In this document: positions 10,074 to 20,439 of the stretch, in pieces
Numbering within the stretch: position 1 is the first letter of the stretch
Layout of the letters: every line of letters starts with the position of its first letter
NCBI GenBank assembly: GCA_963782055.1
Contig: CAWAIF010000003.1
Location: forward strand, 4,000,001 to 4,064,000
DNA from: an uncultured delta proteobacterium
Lineage (GTDB): Bacteria; Myxococcota_A; Polyangia; Polyangiales; Polyangiaceae
DNA: 64,000 bases
Direction: 5' to 3'
The notes under the pieces: model-generated
Database searches by the model: none
Seen by the model: the letters and a program-made list of their open reading frames with translations, nothing else
Told to the model about the DNA's origin: nothing
Translations under genes and position numbers: made by a program

Positions 10074-10337
10074 ATGGACGCTTCGCGCGACGACCTCCTC
10101 AAGCTCTGCCGCGAAGTGCTCGCACCGCTCATCGCGGCCGACGGCGGCGTGCTCTATCTGGTCAGCTCCACGACCGAGGAGGTGCACCTGCACCTCGCCG
10201 GGACGTGCGCGGGCTGCCCAGGCGCCGCCCTCACGCGGGAGGACGTCATCGCCCCCGCGGTGCGCTCGGTGCTGCCCAAGGCGAAGCTACAGGTCACCGC
10301 CGGCTGGCGGATCCCCGAGGGCGCCGAGAAGGTCTGA
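10074..10337 (+). CDS. NifU C-terminal domain protein
   Basis: PLIAADGG and LAGTCAGCP (CxxC) motifs. Confidence 0.85.
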   Translation: MDASRDDLLKLCREVLAPLIAADGGVLYLVSSTTEEVHLHLAGTCAGCPGAALTREDVIAPAVRSVLPKAKLQVTAGWRIPEGAEKV

Positions 10338-10362
10338 GTGGCGGCTGTCAGCCAGCCTCCAC
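10338..10362. terminator. hairpin between convergent genes
   Basis: GTGGCGGCTG-tcagc-CAGCCTCCAC (1 mismatch), no U tract. Confidence 0.4.
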
Positions 10363-10363
10363 C

Positions 10364-11218
10364 TCAGTGCTTGTGCTTGTCCTTCTTCGGCGCGCCCGCG
10401 TCCTGGTTGCGGTACGCGTTGGGGTCGGAGATGCGGTGGTGGGTGATCGCGGCGATCGTCGGGTCGAGCGCGAGAGGGTCGATCTCCTTGTTCGCGCGGA
10501 GCTGAGGCAGCGCGTTCAGCGTGGCCCGCTCCTCCATGACGACGGCGACGCTGCTGCCGCGATCCTCGGCCCGCAGGTGGGTCCTCCCGTCCTGCCAGTC
10601 GGCGGTGGCGTACTTCAGGCCGTTCGTCGCGTCGGGGACGCGGATGCGGGCGGGCGCGTTCAGCTTGATGTTCAGCTTGGTGACCGCCTGCTGGAAGTTC
10701 GCCCCGTACAGGCCGTTCGCCTTGTAGGGGACGTCGTCGAAGATCTTCCAGAGCCTGTCGCTCGGCGGGGCGCCGATGAAGAAGAAGTACCGGCGGACGC
10801 CGTGGCGGTCGACGTACATCACCGCCTCGTGGTTGCGGTACGAGAACTCGCCGCGGATGCTCGTGTTGTCGAAGCCGGTCGGCGTGTCGTTGAAGGGCAC
10901 GAAGCTGTTGGCGAAGGCCGCCTTGCGGTTGTCGCGCTCCGCCTCCACCGACTGCATCGTGACGCCGGGTTGCATCCGCGCGAGCCGCGGGTTGTAGTCC
11001 TGGTCGAAGATGCCGCCGGTCTGGTTGAAGATGCGCACCACCGCCTGGTGGTTCGACCCCCACCGGAACTGGGCGAGCAACGGCGCCATCGAAGAGACTG
11101 TCGGCGGGTCCGCCGCCACGGCAGGCGCGGCGTGGGCGCGCGGCTTGGCCGCGAGGACGCTCGCGACCGGGATGGTCGCCAAGATGAGCACGGTGGCTAC
11201 GACTGCGCTTCGTTTCAT
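10364..11218 (-). CDS. exported hypothetical protein
   Basis: Strong SD AAGGAGG; signal peptide MKRSAVVATVLILA; GC3-biased frame. Confidence 0.75.
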   Translation of the reverse strand: MKRSAVVATVLILATIPVASVLAAKPRAHAAPAVAADPPTVSSMAPLLAQFRWGSNHQAVVRIFNQTGGIFDQDYNPRLARMQPGVTMQSVEAERDNRKAAFANSFVPFNDTPTGFDNTSIRGEFSYRNHEAVMYVDRHGVRRYFFFIGAPPSDRLWKIFDDVPYKANGLYGANFQQAVTKLNIKLNAPARIRVPDATNGLKYATADWQDGRTHLRAEDRGSSVAVVMEERATLNALPQLRANKEIDPLALDPTIAAITHHRISDPNAYRNQDAGAPKKDKHKH

Positions 11219-11451
11219 CACGGCCTCCTTACGGCCTCTCACGCCGAACGGCAAACTCGCGTCGCCCCGGCACCGCCACGGCCGAGCCCTGGCGCGGCCA
11301 AAAGCTACCACTTTGCTACATGCCCCTACAAGGTGACGTAAACCCCCGAAACGGGCTGCAGGTTGGACGCACCAGACCAAGAAATGATGGAATCATTCTC
11401 GCTCTCCGTCGGCTTCCTTCCGGCCGGCCCGTGATAAGAAGCCAAATCCTC

Positions 11452-12006
11452 ATGTTCTCGCGCCCCTTGGCCGTGCTCGCCCTGGTCACCGGCCTCGCCG
11501 GCTGCGCGGGGGGGCCCGACGCCTCAGCCCCGACTCGCCCGATGCCACCCTGGCAGGGTCACTCGAGGGAGCTCTTCGACGACGCCATCGAGCCCCGGGC
11601 GGTCGGCCTGTCGCTCGAGCTGACGCGCACCCCCCGGACCGACCCGGTCCTGCGGGAGCGGACGCAGGTGGGGGACGCGGTCCTGCGGGTGAAGGTGGAC
11701 ACCGTGACGGTCCAGGCGGACGGCATCGACGCCCGCTACCAGATCGGCCTGCGCGTGATGAAGAAGCTGACCGGAGAGCACCCGCCGCCCTCCCCCTTCG
11801 TGGTGGAGGTGACCAAGGCCTCGCCGTCCTTCGGGATCGTCAAGAGCCTGGACGCCCGCCTGAGCGGCAAGACCTTCGTCGCCTTCGTCCGCGAGTTCAA
11901 GACCGGCGCGGACGACCCGCGCATCCACTTTCACCTCGCGCCGGACACCAAGGACGTGCTGGCGGCGGTGAGCGATGCCTCGGCGCTGACGGAGATCGGC
12001 GATTGA
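11452..12006 (+). CDS. hypothetical lipoprotein
   Basis: LAGC lipobox; GC3-biased frame. Confidence 0.7.
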   Translation: MFSRPLAVLALVTGLAGCAGGPDASAPTRPMPPWQGHSRELFDDAIEPRAVGLSLELTRTPRTDPVLRERTQVGDAVLRVKVDTVTVQADGIDARYQIGLRVMKKLTGEHPPPSPFVVEVTKASPSFGIVKSLDARLSGKTFVAFVREFKTGADDPRIHFHLAPDTKDVLAAVSDASALTEIGD

Positions 12007-12064
12007 GTCGTCACCCGGTGGGGCTTGCGGGACGCGCGGCGCCGCCACAAAGTAGGTGTTTGGC

Positions 12065-12862
12065 ATGAATATCGAGCTCAAGAGCACCCGGGAGATCGAG
12101 GGCATCCGCGTCGCCTCCCAGATGGCGGCGGAGACCCTGCTCCTCGTCGGCGAGAAGATCCGCCCCGGTATGACGACGGAGGAGATCGACCGCATCGTCC
12201 ACGACGACACGGTCCGCCGCGACGCCTACCCAGCACCGCTCAACTACAAGGGCTTCCCCAAGAGCGTCTGCACCTCCGTGAACGACGTGGTCTGCCACGG
12301 CATCCCGGGCCCGCAGGTGCTCAAGAACGGCGACATCGTCAACGTCGACGTGACCACCTTCTACAAGGGCTTCTACGGGGACACGTCCGCCACGTTCTAC
12401 ATCGGCACGCCGAGCGCGCAGGCGCGCCATGTGGTCGAGGTCTGCCGCCAGGCGCTCGAGCTGGGCATCGCCGAGGTGAAGGACGGCGCGCGCTTCGGCG
12501 ACATCGGGGCCGCCATCCAGCAGTACGTGGAGTCGCAGGGCTGCAGCGTGGTGCGCGACTTCGTCGGCCACGGCATCGGCCGCCGCTTCCACGAGCCGCC
12601 CCAGGTCAAGCACTACGGCAAGCGGGGCGCCGGCGATCGCATCCGCGCGGGCATGGTCTTCACGATCGAGCCCATGGTGAACGTCGGCAACTTCGAGGTG
12701 GAGATCGATCCGTCCGACAAGTGGACCGTGCGCACCTCCGACGGCTCGCTCTCGGCGCAGTTCGAGCACACCATCGCCGTCACCAAGGCAGGCGCGGAGG
12801 TGCTCACCCGCCGCGCCAAACCCCTGCGCTTCTCCGAGAACGTCGCCACCGTCATGCTCTAG
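12065..12862 (+). CDS. map: methionine aminopeptidase type I
   Basis: SVCTSVNDVVCHGIP, VNVDVT, GDTS, GHGIG..FHE, FTIEPM and SAQFEHT motifs. Confidence 0.97.
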   Translation: MNIELKSTREIEGIRVASQMAAETLLLVGEKIRPGMTTEEIDRIVHDDTVRRDAYPAPLNYKGFPKSVCTSVNDVVCHGIPGPQVLKNGDIVNVDVTTFYKGFYGDTSATFYIGTPSAQARHVVEVCRQALELGIAEVKDGARFGDIGAAIQQYVESQGCSVVRDFVGHGIGRRFHEPPQVKHYGKRGAGDRIRAGMVFTIEPMVNVGNFEVEIDPSDKWTVRTSDGSLSAQFEHTIAVTKAGAEVLTRRAKPLRFSENVATVML

Positions 12863-12866
12863 ATGA

Positions 12867-12958
12867 ACGAGCGCGATTCGGAATCGCGCTCGTCCGATTT
12901 AGGTCTTGTCTCACGGGGCGGCACGCGCCGCCCCGTGCCGAAAAACACGGTTTTTCGG
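12867..12958. repeat. three consecutive perfect hairpins at the convergent map/dipeptidase junction
   Basis: ACGAGCGCGATTC-G-GAATCGCGCTCGT (12867-12893); CACGGGGCGGC-ACGC-GCCGCCCCGTG (12912-12937); CCGAAAAAC-ACG-GTTTTTCGG (12938-12958). Confidence 0.8.
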
Positions 12959-13966
12959 GGCCCCACCGCACCCGTGCGCGCGCGCCCAGGCGAGCACGCG
13001 CTCGGCGTTCCGGTGCATCACCCGCTCGACGTCCTCGGCGGAGAGGCCCCGCGCGCGCAGGCGCGCCGCCAGCGCCGGCCAGCTCGCCTCGCCATCGGCG
13101 TCGCGCGGGGGCGTGATGTTGCCCTCGAAGTCGCTGCCGATGCCGACGTGCCCGGCGCCCGCGACGCGCACCGCGTAGATCACGTGCGCGGCGACGTCGT
13201 CCAGCGTGCCGGCCTCGCCGGCGCGGCCACCGGTGTGGCTCTCGTGCATGCTGATGCCGATGACCCCGCCGGTCCGCGCGATGGCGCGCGCCTCCGCGTC
13301 GCCCAGGTTGCGCGCCGTGTCCCGCAGGCCGCGCATGCCGGTGTGCGAGTCGACGACGGGCGCCCCGGCGCTCCCGGCGATGGCGATCAGCTCCGCGGCC
13401 GCGGCGTCGGAGGCGTGGGCCACGTCCAGCACGGCGCCGCGCGCCACCAGGTGCTCGGCGAGCACCCGCCCCTCGGCGGTGAGGCCGCGCGCGCGCGCCT
13501 CCGGCCGCACGTCCTGGCTCGCGCCGCCCAGGGCGTTGGCGCGGGAGTGCACCAGCCCGAAGAAGCAGGCGCCCCGCGCGACCCAGACGTCGGCGGCTGC
13601 CGGATCGCCGGCGAAGCCGTCGGCGCCCTCGAAGGCGAGCACGAAGGGCGGCAGCTCGGCGCGCGCGGCGAGCAGATCGCGGTACGTCGCGTCGTACTCG
13701 GCGCGCACCCCTGCCGGCGACATCGCCTCCGCGCCGCCGACGAAGAGCGGGATCACCAGCGCGCGCACGTGCCCGGCGCGCAGGCGGGCCAGGCTCGCGT
13801 CCTCCCCCGGAGCGGCGGGCGAGGCGTGCCTCGCGTGCAGGGCGTAGCCCCAGTCGACGTGCAGATCCACGACGGGCGTCACGGGAGGCGCAGGCCGCGC
13901 GGACCGCGCCGGCGACGATGCGCCGCACGCGCATGCGCACGCGCACGCCAGCAGGAGCGCACGCAT
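12911..13966 (-). CDS. membrane dipeptidase (peptidase M19) family lipoprotein
   Basis: DLHVD, AFEG, GLVHSRANALG, DVAH, DSHTG, RNL.D and HVGIGSDFEG motifs. Confidence 0.88.
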   Translation of the reverse strand: MRALLLACACACACGASSPARSARPAPPVTPVVDLHVDWGYALHARHASPAAPGEDASLARLRAGHVRALVIPLFVGGAEAMSPAGVRAEYDATYRDLLAARAELPPFVLAFEGADGFAGDPAAADVWVARGACFFGLVHSRANALGGASQDVRPEARARGLTAEGRVLAEHLVARGAVLDVAHASDAAAAELIAIAGSAGAPVVDSHTGMRGLRDTARNLGDAEARAIARTGGVIGISMHESHTGGRAGEAGTLDDVAAHVIYAVRVAGAGHVGIGSDFEGNITPPRDADGEASWPALAARLRARGLSAEDVERVMHRNAERVLAWARAHGCGGAPKNRVFRHGAARAAP

Positions 13967-13989
13967 CGACCCCGCTCGCCGCGGGGGCT

Positions 13990-15117
13990 TCACGGCACCG
14001 GGTCGTAGTAGCCCGCGGCCTCGACGGTGACGTCCACCTCGCCGTCGGTCACCCCGAGCACCTCGTACTCCACCGCCACCTGCCGCCCGCGCCGCATCTC
14101 CACGCCCACACCGTCGGCGCGCGCCAGGGCCGAGCGCGCGCCCCCGCGCACCGGCAGCAGCACCCGACCGCCGACCCGCAGCACCAGGCTGTCGAGGTGG
14201 GTGACCTCCCGCTCGCGCTCCATGACGCGCAGGCGGACGCGGCCGCCCCGCACCGGCACGCGCGCCACGCGGTGTGTGTCGGCGCCGCGCCGCGCCCACC
14301 CCGCGCGCCACGGGAGCACGACGAAGGGAGCGAGGTCGCCGCCGTCGCCGTCGGAGAAGACCACCCACGGACAGCTGATGCAGAGCCACGTGTGCGTGAG
14401 GTCGCGGGGCCCGAGCCGCACCTGCGTCGACGCGCGCACGGTGATCTTCCGGCGCACGCCGTTCTTGTCGTAGGTCCCCCGCGCGCTGAAGGTGCCTGCC
14501 TCGCCGGCGAGCACGAAGTAGTCGCCTGGCGCCACGTCGAAGCGAACCGGTGAGGGGGTGCATCGCCGAGCGGCGTACGGGTGCAGGCTACGGTACTCGG
14601 CCAGCCCGCCCCAGAAGCTCGGGTCGTCGGTGAGTCCGATGAGCGCCTGCATGAGGAACTGATCGTCCTTCGGGTACTTGCCCGCGGGTAGCAGGGCGAC
14701 CCAGCCTTGCGGGAAGGCGCACGACACGTCCACGGCCACGTGGCCCACGGAGGGCGGCCGCAGCGGCGCCGCGTGGACGACTCCGACCGTCCCGGAGCCC
14801 ACCGTGCCGGAGCCGACGGCACTCGAGCCCGACCCGAGCGTCGCGATGCCCGCGTCGGTGCGCGCCCCCATCGCCCCCGACGACGCGTCGCCGGTGGCGA
14901 GCACGCCGCCGGCCGGATCGCCGTCGCCCTGCTGTTTCACGCCCCCGGCGCCTGCGATCGCCGTGCACTGCCGCTGCCCGGGCTGGAAGACGCTCCCTGC
15001 TGGGCACACCACCACCGTCTGCGATGGCGTGTCCGCCCCGCCCTGCTCACGCGTGCACGCCGTCGCGAGCGTCGCGAGCGCCACGAGCCCCACCATCGCC
15101 CATCCTCGACCAGTCAT
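13990..15117 (-). CDS. hypothetical lipoprotein
   Basis: ATAC lipobox; Gly/Ser linker; C-terminal SCP...EREREVTHLD...GYY domain. Confidence 0.65.
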   Translation of the reverse strand: MTGRGWAMVGLVALATLATACTREQGGADTPSQTVVVCPAGSVFQPGQRQCTAIAGAGGVKQQGDGDPAGGVLATGDASSGAMGARTDAGIATLGSGSSAVGSGTVGSGTVGVVHAAPLRPPSVGHVAVDVSCAFPQGWVALLPAGKYPKDDQFLMQALIGLTDDPSFWGGLAEYRSLHPYAARRCTPSPVRFDVAPGDYFVLAGEAGTFSARGTYDKNGVRRKITVRASTQVRLGPRDLTHTWLCISCPWVVFSDGDGGDLAPFVVLPWRAGWARRGADTHRVARVPVRGGRVRLRVMEREREVTHLDSLVLRVGGRVLLPVRGGARSALARADGVGVEMRRGRQVAVEYEVLGVTDGEVDVTVEAAGYYDPVP

Positions 15118-15122
15118 CGCCC

Positions 15123-16811
15123 TCACCTCCGCAGCATCTCGGCCGCGGCGCGACGCGCGGCCTCCCCGACCTTCACGCCGCCGATCATCCGCGCGACCTC
15201 GTCCACGCGCTCGGGCGCGCCCAGCCGCCGCACCGACGTGGTGGTCCGGCCGCGCGCCTCCGCCTTGTCGACGACGAAGTGAGTGTCCGCCAGCGCGGCG
15301 ATCTGCGGCAGGTGCGTGATGCAGAGCACCTGCCGGTGGCGCGCCACGTCGGCGATGGCCCGGCCGATGACCTCCGCCACCGCGCCGCCCACGCCGGCGT
15401 CCACCTCGTCGAAGACGTACAGCCCCGCCGGCCCCTTCTCGGCGAGCACCCGCTTGAGCGCCAGCAGCGAGCGCGACAGCTCGCCGCCGCTGGCGATGCG
15501 CCGCAGCGGGCGCGGGTCCTCCCCGCGGTTGGGCGCGATGAGGAACTCGACGCGGTCGATGCCGGTGCGCGTGATGCGCGCGCCGTCCAGCGTCATGGCG
15601 TCGCCCGCCGACGCCGTCGTGGGCTCCACCTCCACCACCACCCGCGCGCGCCCCATGCCGAGCTGGCCAAGCTCGCGGCCGATGGCGTCGGCGAGCTCGT
15701 CCGCGGCGGCGCGGCGCCTGCGGGAGAGGGCGCGCGCGGCCTCCGCCACCTCGGCATGAAGGCGATCCCTCTCCGCCTCCAGGGCGGCCAGCCGCTCGTG
15801 CATCGAGTCCAGGCCCTCCAGCTCTCGCATCAGGGCGTCGCGCACGGCCGCGAGGTCCGCGCCCTCGCCGTGCTTGCGCAGCAGCTTGCGCAGGCGGAAG
15901 AGGCGCTCCTCGACCTCCGTCAGACGCTCCGGGCTGGCCTCCACGCCCTCGGCGTAGCGCGCCAGCCCGCGCGCGGCGTCGGCGAGCTCGGCACGCGCCG
16001 TCTCGATGGCGAGCCCGAGCGGGGCGAGGGAGCCGTCCAGGCTCGCGGCGCCCTCCACCTCCGACGCCAGCCGCCCGAGCTCGTCGCAGATGGCGCTCTC
16101 CCCTTCGTAGAGCCGCTCCGCCGACCGGCGCGTGACCTCCGCCAGCCGCTCGGCGTGGCGCAGCCGCCCGCGCTCGTTCTCCAGCTCGGTCTCCTCGCCC
16201 GGGCGTGGATCGATCTCCTCGAGCTCCTTGAGCTGGAACGCCAGGTAGTCCTGCCTGTCGGAGCGGCCGCGCTCGGCGGCGCTCGCCTCCGCAAGCTCGT
16301 GCTGCGTCGCCGCCAGCGCCTCGACGCGCGCCCCCAGCGCCACCCGCTCCGCGCCCAGCTTGCCGAAGGCGTCGAGGTACTCCAGGTGCGTCGCCGGGTC
16401 GGTCAACGACACCGACTCGTGCTGCGAGGCGATGTCGCAGAGATCGGGGGCGAGCTCGGCGAGCTGCGCCGCCGTGCCCAGACGCCCGTTCAGGAAGGCG
16501 CGGCTGCGCCCCTCCGACTGCACCACGCGCCGCACCACCAGCTCTCCCGCGCAGGGCACGCCCGCCGCCTCCAGCTTGGCGGCCACCCGCGAGCCGTCGG
16601 CCACCTCGAAGAGCGCCTCCACCTCCGCCTCGCGCGCCCCGGCGCGTACCATGTCCGGCCGCGCCCGCCCGCCGAGCACCAGCGACAGCGCATCCACCAG
16701 CATCGACTTGCCCGCGCCCGTCTCCCCGGTCAGCACGTTGAAGCCCGGCCCCGGCTCCAGCGTGACACGCTCGATCAGCACCAGGTTCAGGACGGTGAGC
16801 TGCAACAGCAT
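15123..16811 (-). CDS. recN: DNA repair protein RecN
   Basis: LTGETGAGKS, coiled coil, ASGGELSR, FDEVDAGVGG and QVLCITHLPQIAA motifs. Confidence 0.97.
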   Translation of the reverse strand: MLLQLTVLNLVLIERVTLEPGPGFNVLTGETGAGKSMLVDALSLVLGGRARPDMVRAGAREAEVEALFEVADGSRVAAKLEAAGVPCAGELVVRRVVQSEGRSRAFLNGRLGTAAQLAELAPDLCDIASQHESVSLTDPATHLEYLDAFGKLGAERVALGARVEALAATQHELAEASAAERGRSDRQDYLAFQLKELEEIDPRPGEETELENERGRLRHAERLAEVTRRSAERLYEGESAICDELGRLASEVEGAASLDGSLAPLGLAIETARAELADAARGLARYAEGVEASPERLTEVEERLFRLRKLLRKHGEGADLAAVRDALMRELEGLDSMHERLAALEAERDRLHAEVAEAARALSRRRRAAADELADAIGRELGQLGMGRARVVVEVEPTTASAGDAMTLDGARITRTGIDRVEFLIAPNRGEDPRPLRRIASGGELSRSLLALKRVLAEKGPAGLYVFDEVDAGVGGAVAEVIGRAIADVARHRQVLCITHLPQIAALADTHFVVDKAEARGRTTTSVRRLGAPERVDEVARMIGGVKVGEAARRAAAEMLRR

Positions 16812-16883
16812 GCTCGACCTCATAGCCGAAGCGGCCGCCGGGGCCGAGGCCCTGCTCGTCGGCGACCGACCCGGCGAACCCTG

Positions 16884-16913
16884 TTGACGCGGTTGGGCCC
16901 GATTCACTAAGGT
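16884..16913 (+). promoter_or_regulatory. sigma70-like promoter upstream of the Fic gene
   Basis: TTGACG-N18-TAAGGT. Confidence 0.35.
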
Positions 16914-16983
16914 GCGCAATGCGCGCCGCCTGTGGCCTCGCCCCACATTTTTCGCAGGAAAATCGCGCATCTAGCAGCGCCCC

Positions 16984-17823
16984 ATGGCCGCCAAGACTCC
17001 TGCAAAGCGCAAGACCACCAAGACTGCCGCCCCGCCTGTGGTGCCGCCTCGGCCGCAGACCATGGAGGAGCGTACCGCCGATCTGGAGCTCCGTCTCCAG
17101 CACGCGGACTCCTCCTTCCAGCAGCGGTACCGAGAAAACCTCGATATGTCATGGATTTACCATGACAGCGCGCTGGAGGGCGTCGTCTATACGGTCCAGG
17201 AGCTGCGGGCTGCCATCGACCCCGGCTTCCAGGCCCCCGAGATCGACTCCAGCCTCCAGCCGGTCATCGAGGAGATCCGCCGCCACCGCGAGGCGCTGGA
17301 CTTCATCCGCGACCTGGCCGTCAAGCGCCGGCAGGCGATCACCGTGGACGTCGTCAAGCAGATCTACCTCATCCTGCACCCGGAAGAGGGCGACCTGAAG
17401 ACGGTCAAGTACCGCAAGGACATCCCGCAGCACCGCCTGTACTTCCACGAGTACGCCCCGCCCGACAAGATCGCGTACAAGGTCCGCGCCGTCGTCGACT
17501 GGATCAACGATCCGGAGACGCGCCGCACCCGCACGCCCATCCGCCTGGCGGTGCGCGCGCACTACGACCTCCTGCGCGTGTTCCCCTTCCCCAACGACAG
17601 CGGCAAGGTGGCGCGCCTGCTGATGAACGCCCTCTTGCTGCGCGGCGGCTACCCGCCCGCCATCGTCCACTCCACCGAGCGGCAGCGCTACTACGAGGCC
17701 CTCAAGGGCTCGAGCGCGGCGATGACGCAGATCGTTCACGAGGCCATCGAGAACAACCTGGCGTCCATCGAGAAGCTCATGGAGGGCTACGAGCACGGGC
17801 CGGCGTCCGCGTCCACGGGCTGA
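16984..17823 (+). CDS. Fic/DOC-family protein with degenerate catalytic motif
   Basis: YHDSALEG inhibitory-helix-like motif; [16 protein letters not shown] in place of HPFxDGNGRxxR; RQRYYEAL. Confidence 0.85.
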   Translation: MAAKTPAKRKTTKTAAPPVVPPRPQTMEERTADLELRLQHADSSFQQRYRENLDMSWIYHDSALEGVVYTVQELRAAIDPGFQAPEIDSSLQPVIEEIRRHREALDFIRDLAVKRRQAITVDVVKQIYLILHPEEGDLKTVKYRKDIPQHRLYFHEYAPPDKIAYKVRAVVDWINDPETRRTRTPIRLAVRAHYDLLRVFPFPNDSGKVARLLMNALLLRGGYPPAIVHSTERQRYYEALKGSSAAMTQIVHEAIENNLASIEKLMEGYEHGPASASTG

Positions 17824-17836
17824 GCTCGGTCGTCGG

Positions 17837-18610
17837 ATGCTGGCCCGGCGAATCATCCCCTGCCTCGACGTCCGCGACGGACGCGTGGTCAAGGGTGTGC
17901 GCTTCGAGGGCCTGCGCGACGCGGGCGACCCGGTCGAGCAAGCGCGACGTTACGACGCGGAGGGCGCCGACGAGATCGCCTTCCTGGACATCTCGGCCTC
18001 GCACGAGGGGCGCGGCACCCTGCTCGACCTCGTCGCGCGGACGGCCGAGGTCACCTTCTGTCCGCTCACCGTCGGCGGCGGCGTCCGCGACGAGTCGGAC
18101 GTGCGCGCGCTCTTGAACGCCGGCGCGGACAAGGTCAGCATCAACACCGCCGCCGTGAACCGACCCGAGCTCATCCAGCGCTGCGCAGGCTCGTGGGGCG
18201 CGCAGGCCATCGTCATCGCCGTCGACGCCAAGCGGGCCGGCGAAGGCTGGGAGGTCTTCACGCACGGCGGCCGCGCGGCCACCGGCCTGGACGCGCGGGA
18301 ATGGGCGGAGCGCGCCGCGCGTTCCGGCGCCGGGGAGATCCTGTTGACCAGCATGGACCGCGACGGCACGCGCGAGGGCTACGACCTCGGATTGTTGCGC
18401 GCGGTGGCGGACGCGGTGGACGTACCCGTCATCGCGAGCGGCGGCGTGGGCTCGCTCGAGCACCTGCGGGCGGGGCTGGTGGAGGGTCACGCCGACGCCG
18501 CGCTCGCGGCCAGCATCTTCCACTCCGGAGAGCACACCATCGCCGAGGCGCGCGCCTTCCTCTGCGCGGCCGGCGTCCCCGTCCGCGACGACGCGGAGCG
18601 CGCCGCATGA
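17837..18610 (+). CDS. hisF: imidazole glycerol phosphate synthase subunit HisF
   Basis: [39 protein letters not shown] and ALAASIFH motifs. Confidence 0.98.
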   Translation: MLARRIIPCLDVRDGRVVKGVRFEGLRDAGDPVEQARRYDAEGADEIAFLDISASHEGRGTLLDLVARTAEVTFCPLTVGGGVRDESDVRALLNAGADKVSINTAAVNRPELIQRCAGSWGAQAIVIAVDAKRAGEGWEVFTHGGRAATGLDAREWAERAARSGAGEILLTSMDRDGTREGYDLGLLRAVADAVDVPVIASGGVGSLEHLRAGLVEGHADAALAASIFHSGEHTIAEARAFLCAAGVPVRDDAERAA

Positions 18611-20385
18611 CCGAGCCGCTCGAAGCATCGGTGACGCTGGACGAGGTGTTCGTGGTCGTCAGCGCGAAGCGCGTGCCGCTCGCGCCGGAGCTCGCCGGGT
18701 ACCTCGCGCTGGAGATCGCCGAGGGCGCGAGCAAGCAGCCCGGCGAGGTGGACCCGCGCAACGTCTACATCAGCGAGGAGGGCTCGGTCGCGCTGGTCCG
18801 CTCGCGCGAGGCGAAGGGGGAGGCGGAGGCCTCCATCCGCGCGCTGCTCGCGCGCCTGCTGGTGGCGACCGGATCGCAGACGCCCGCCCTCGGCGCGGTG
18901 GCCCGGAAGAAGGCCACCGGCGAGCTGGGCTCGCTGGTGGAGGAGCTGGAGGCGGCGCTCATCCCCGTCAACCGCGCCGCCGGCCGGCGCGCGCTGGCGC
19001 GCATGGCGCGAGAGGTCAAGCGCGTCACGCTGCGCGTTGGTCGCAACGCGTCGGTCCCCGCCGCGTCGGAGCTGGCGCCCCGCGCCTCGGAGCGTCCACC
19101 CCCCCAGCACGTCGAGCCCGCCAGGTCGGAGCGTCCGCCCCCGTCGGCGGCCACCTTCGACGCCGAGGAGGTGCCCACCACCGCGCGCCGCGACATCCCC
19201 CCGGAGGTGCTGGAGGGGCCGCCGCAGGAGACGCCCGGGCTCCAGCAGCCACCCAGCCTGAGCGACATGCCGACGGTCGGCCTGAGCAAGGAGGACCTGA
19301 TGGCCGCGGCCGCGCGGGGCAAGCGCGACTCGGTCGACAGCCTCCTCGACTCCTTCGAGGTCTCCGGCCAGCGGGAGGACAAGGCGCTCTCCGGCGAGCT
19401 CAAGGCGATGGTGGGGCTGGAGCCAACTCCCCCACCCCCCCGGACCGACGACGACATCGAGGCGCTGCTCGGCGCCAGCGCGCCCGTGAAGGCAGCCGCC
19501 CCGGCGAAGAGCGCCCTCTCCGCGCAGGCCGGCGCGCGGAACGACAGCCGCCCGGAGCGCCCCGCGCGCGGACCGTCGTCCTCGCGCGCCGACGACCGCC
19601 AGCTCCCCACCGCGCCTTCGCTCAAGCGCTCGCAGCTCTCCATCACCACCGAGCTGCGCCGGCGTCGCTCCGGGCGTGACCGCGCCTTGCTGATCATGCT
19701 CATCCTGCTCGTCGGCGTGCTCGCGGTGACGCTGTGGATGCTCAAGCCCGGCTTCTTCACCGGACGCACACCGGACAAGGTCGCCGCCGAGCGCGCCGCG
19801 GCCCTGGCGGCGAGCGCCAAGCTCGCGGCGAAGCGCGCGGAGCCGCAGTGCCACGCCTCGCTCGTCGTGGGCGACGCGCCAGAGGACGCCGAGATCCTCC
19901 TGCGCGCGGGTCAGGCACCGATCGACATCGACCGCATGCCGGCGGGCGCGCGGCTGGAGTTCGTCGCCACCGCGGAGGGCTACGCTCCCAAGCGCGCGGT
20001 CGTGCCGGCGGACGCGGCCTGGGACCACACCGGTCCCGGCGGCAAGCCGCGCTTCGAGCTGGCCATCCAGCTGGACAAGTCGAAGGCGCGGCACGGCGCC
20101 GTCGACAAGTGGCCGCCCGGCGAGCCGGGCAGCGAGGTGGGCGGCAAGGGCGACCCGGGCGTCGTCCACGTGGTCGCCAGCCCCAAGGGCGCGGAGGTGT
20201 GGGTCCTCGCCGGCCTGGGGCCCAGCGCGCAGATCGACGATCTCATCGACTGCGACCACGACGCCGACGTGCTCGTCGCGGGGCCGGGCACCTACCGCAA
20301 GCGGCTGCACGTGGCGGGCTCCAGCTTCGTCGCCGAGCCGGGAGCGCCTGCGGGCGTGCGCACCGCCCGTGTCAGCGCCAAGTAG
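18607..20385 (+). CDS. bitopic membrane protein with N-terminal kinase-remnant region, Pro-rich linker and PEGA-like extracytoplasmic part
   Basis: ATGA overlap with his[32 protein letters not shown] segment [24 protein letters not shown] and SPKGAEVW motifs. Confidence 0.7.
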   Translation: MTEPLEASVTLDEVFVVVSAKRVPLAPELAGYLALEIAEGASKQPGEVDPRNVYISEEGSVALVRSREAKGEAEASIRALLARLLVATGSQTPALGAVARKKATGELGSLVEELEAALIPVNRAAGRRALARMAREVKRVTLRVGRNASVPAASELAPRASERPPPQHVEPARSERPPPSAATFDAEEVPTTARRDIPPEVLEGPPQETPGLQQPPSLSDMPTVGLSKEDLMAAAARGKRDSVDSLLDSFEVSGQREDKALSGELKAMVGLEPTPPPPRTDDDIEALLGASAPVKAAAPAKSALSAQAGARNDSRPERPARGPSSSRADDRQLPTAPSLKRSQLSITTELRRRRSGRDRALLIMLILLVGVLAVTLWMLKPGFFTGRTPDKVAAERAAALAASAKLAAKRAEPQCHASLVVGDAPEDAEILLRAGQAPIDIDRMPAGARLEFVATAEGYAPKRAVVPADAAWDHTGPGGKPRFELAIQLDKSKARHGAVDKWPPGEPGSEVGGKGDPGVVHVVASPKGAEVWVLAGLGPSAQIDDLIDCDHDADVLVAGPGTYRKRLHVAGSSFVAEPGAPAGVRTARVSAK

Positions 20386-20439
20386 TCGCGGCGCATTTGG
20401 GTTGGTTTCGGGGCGGCCATTGGATACCGTTGCTGGGCC

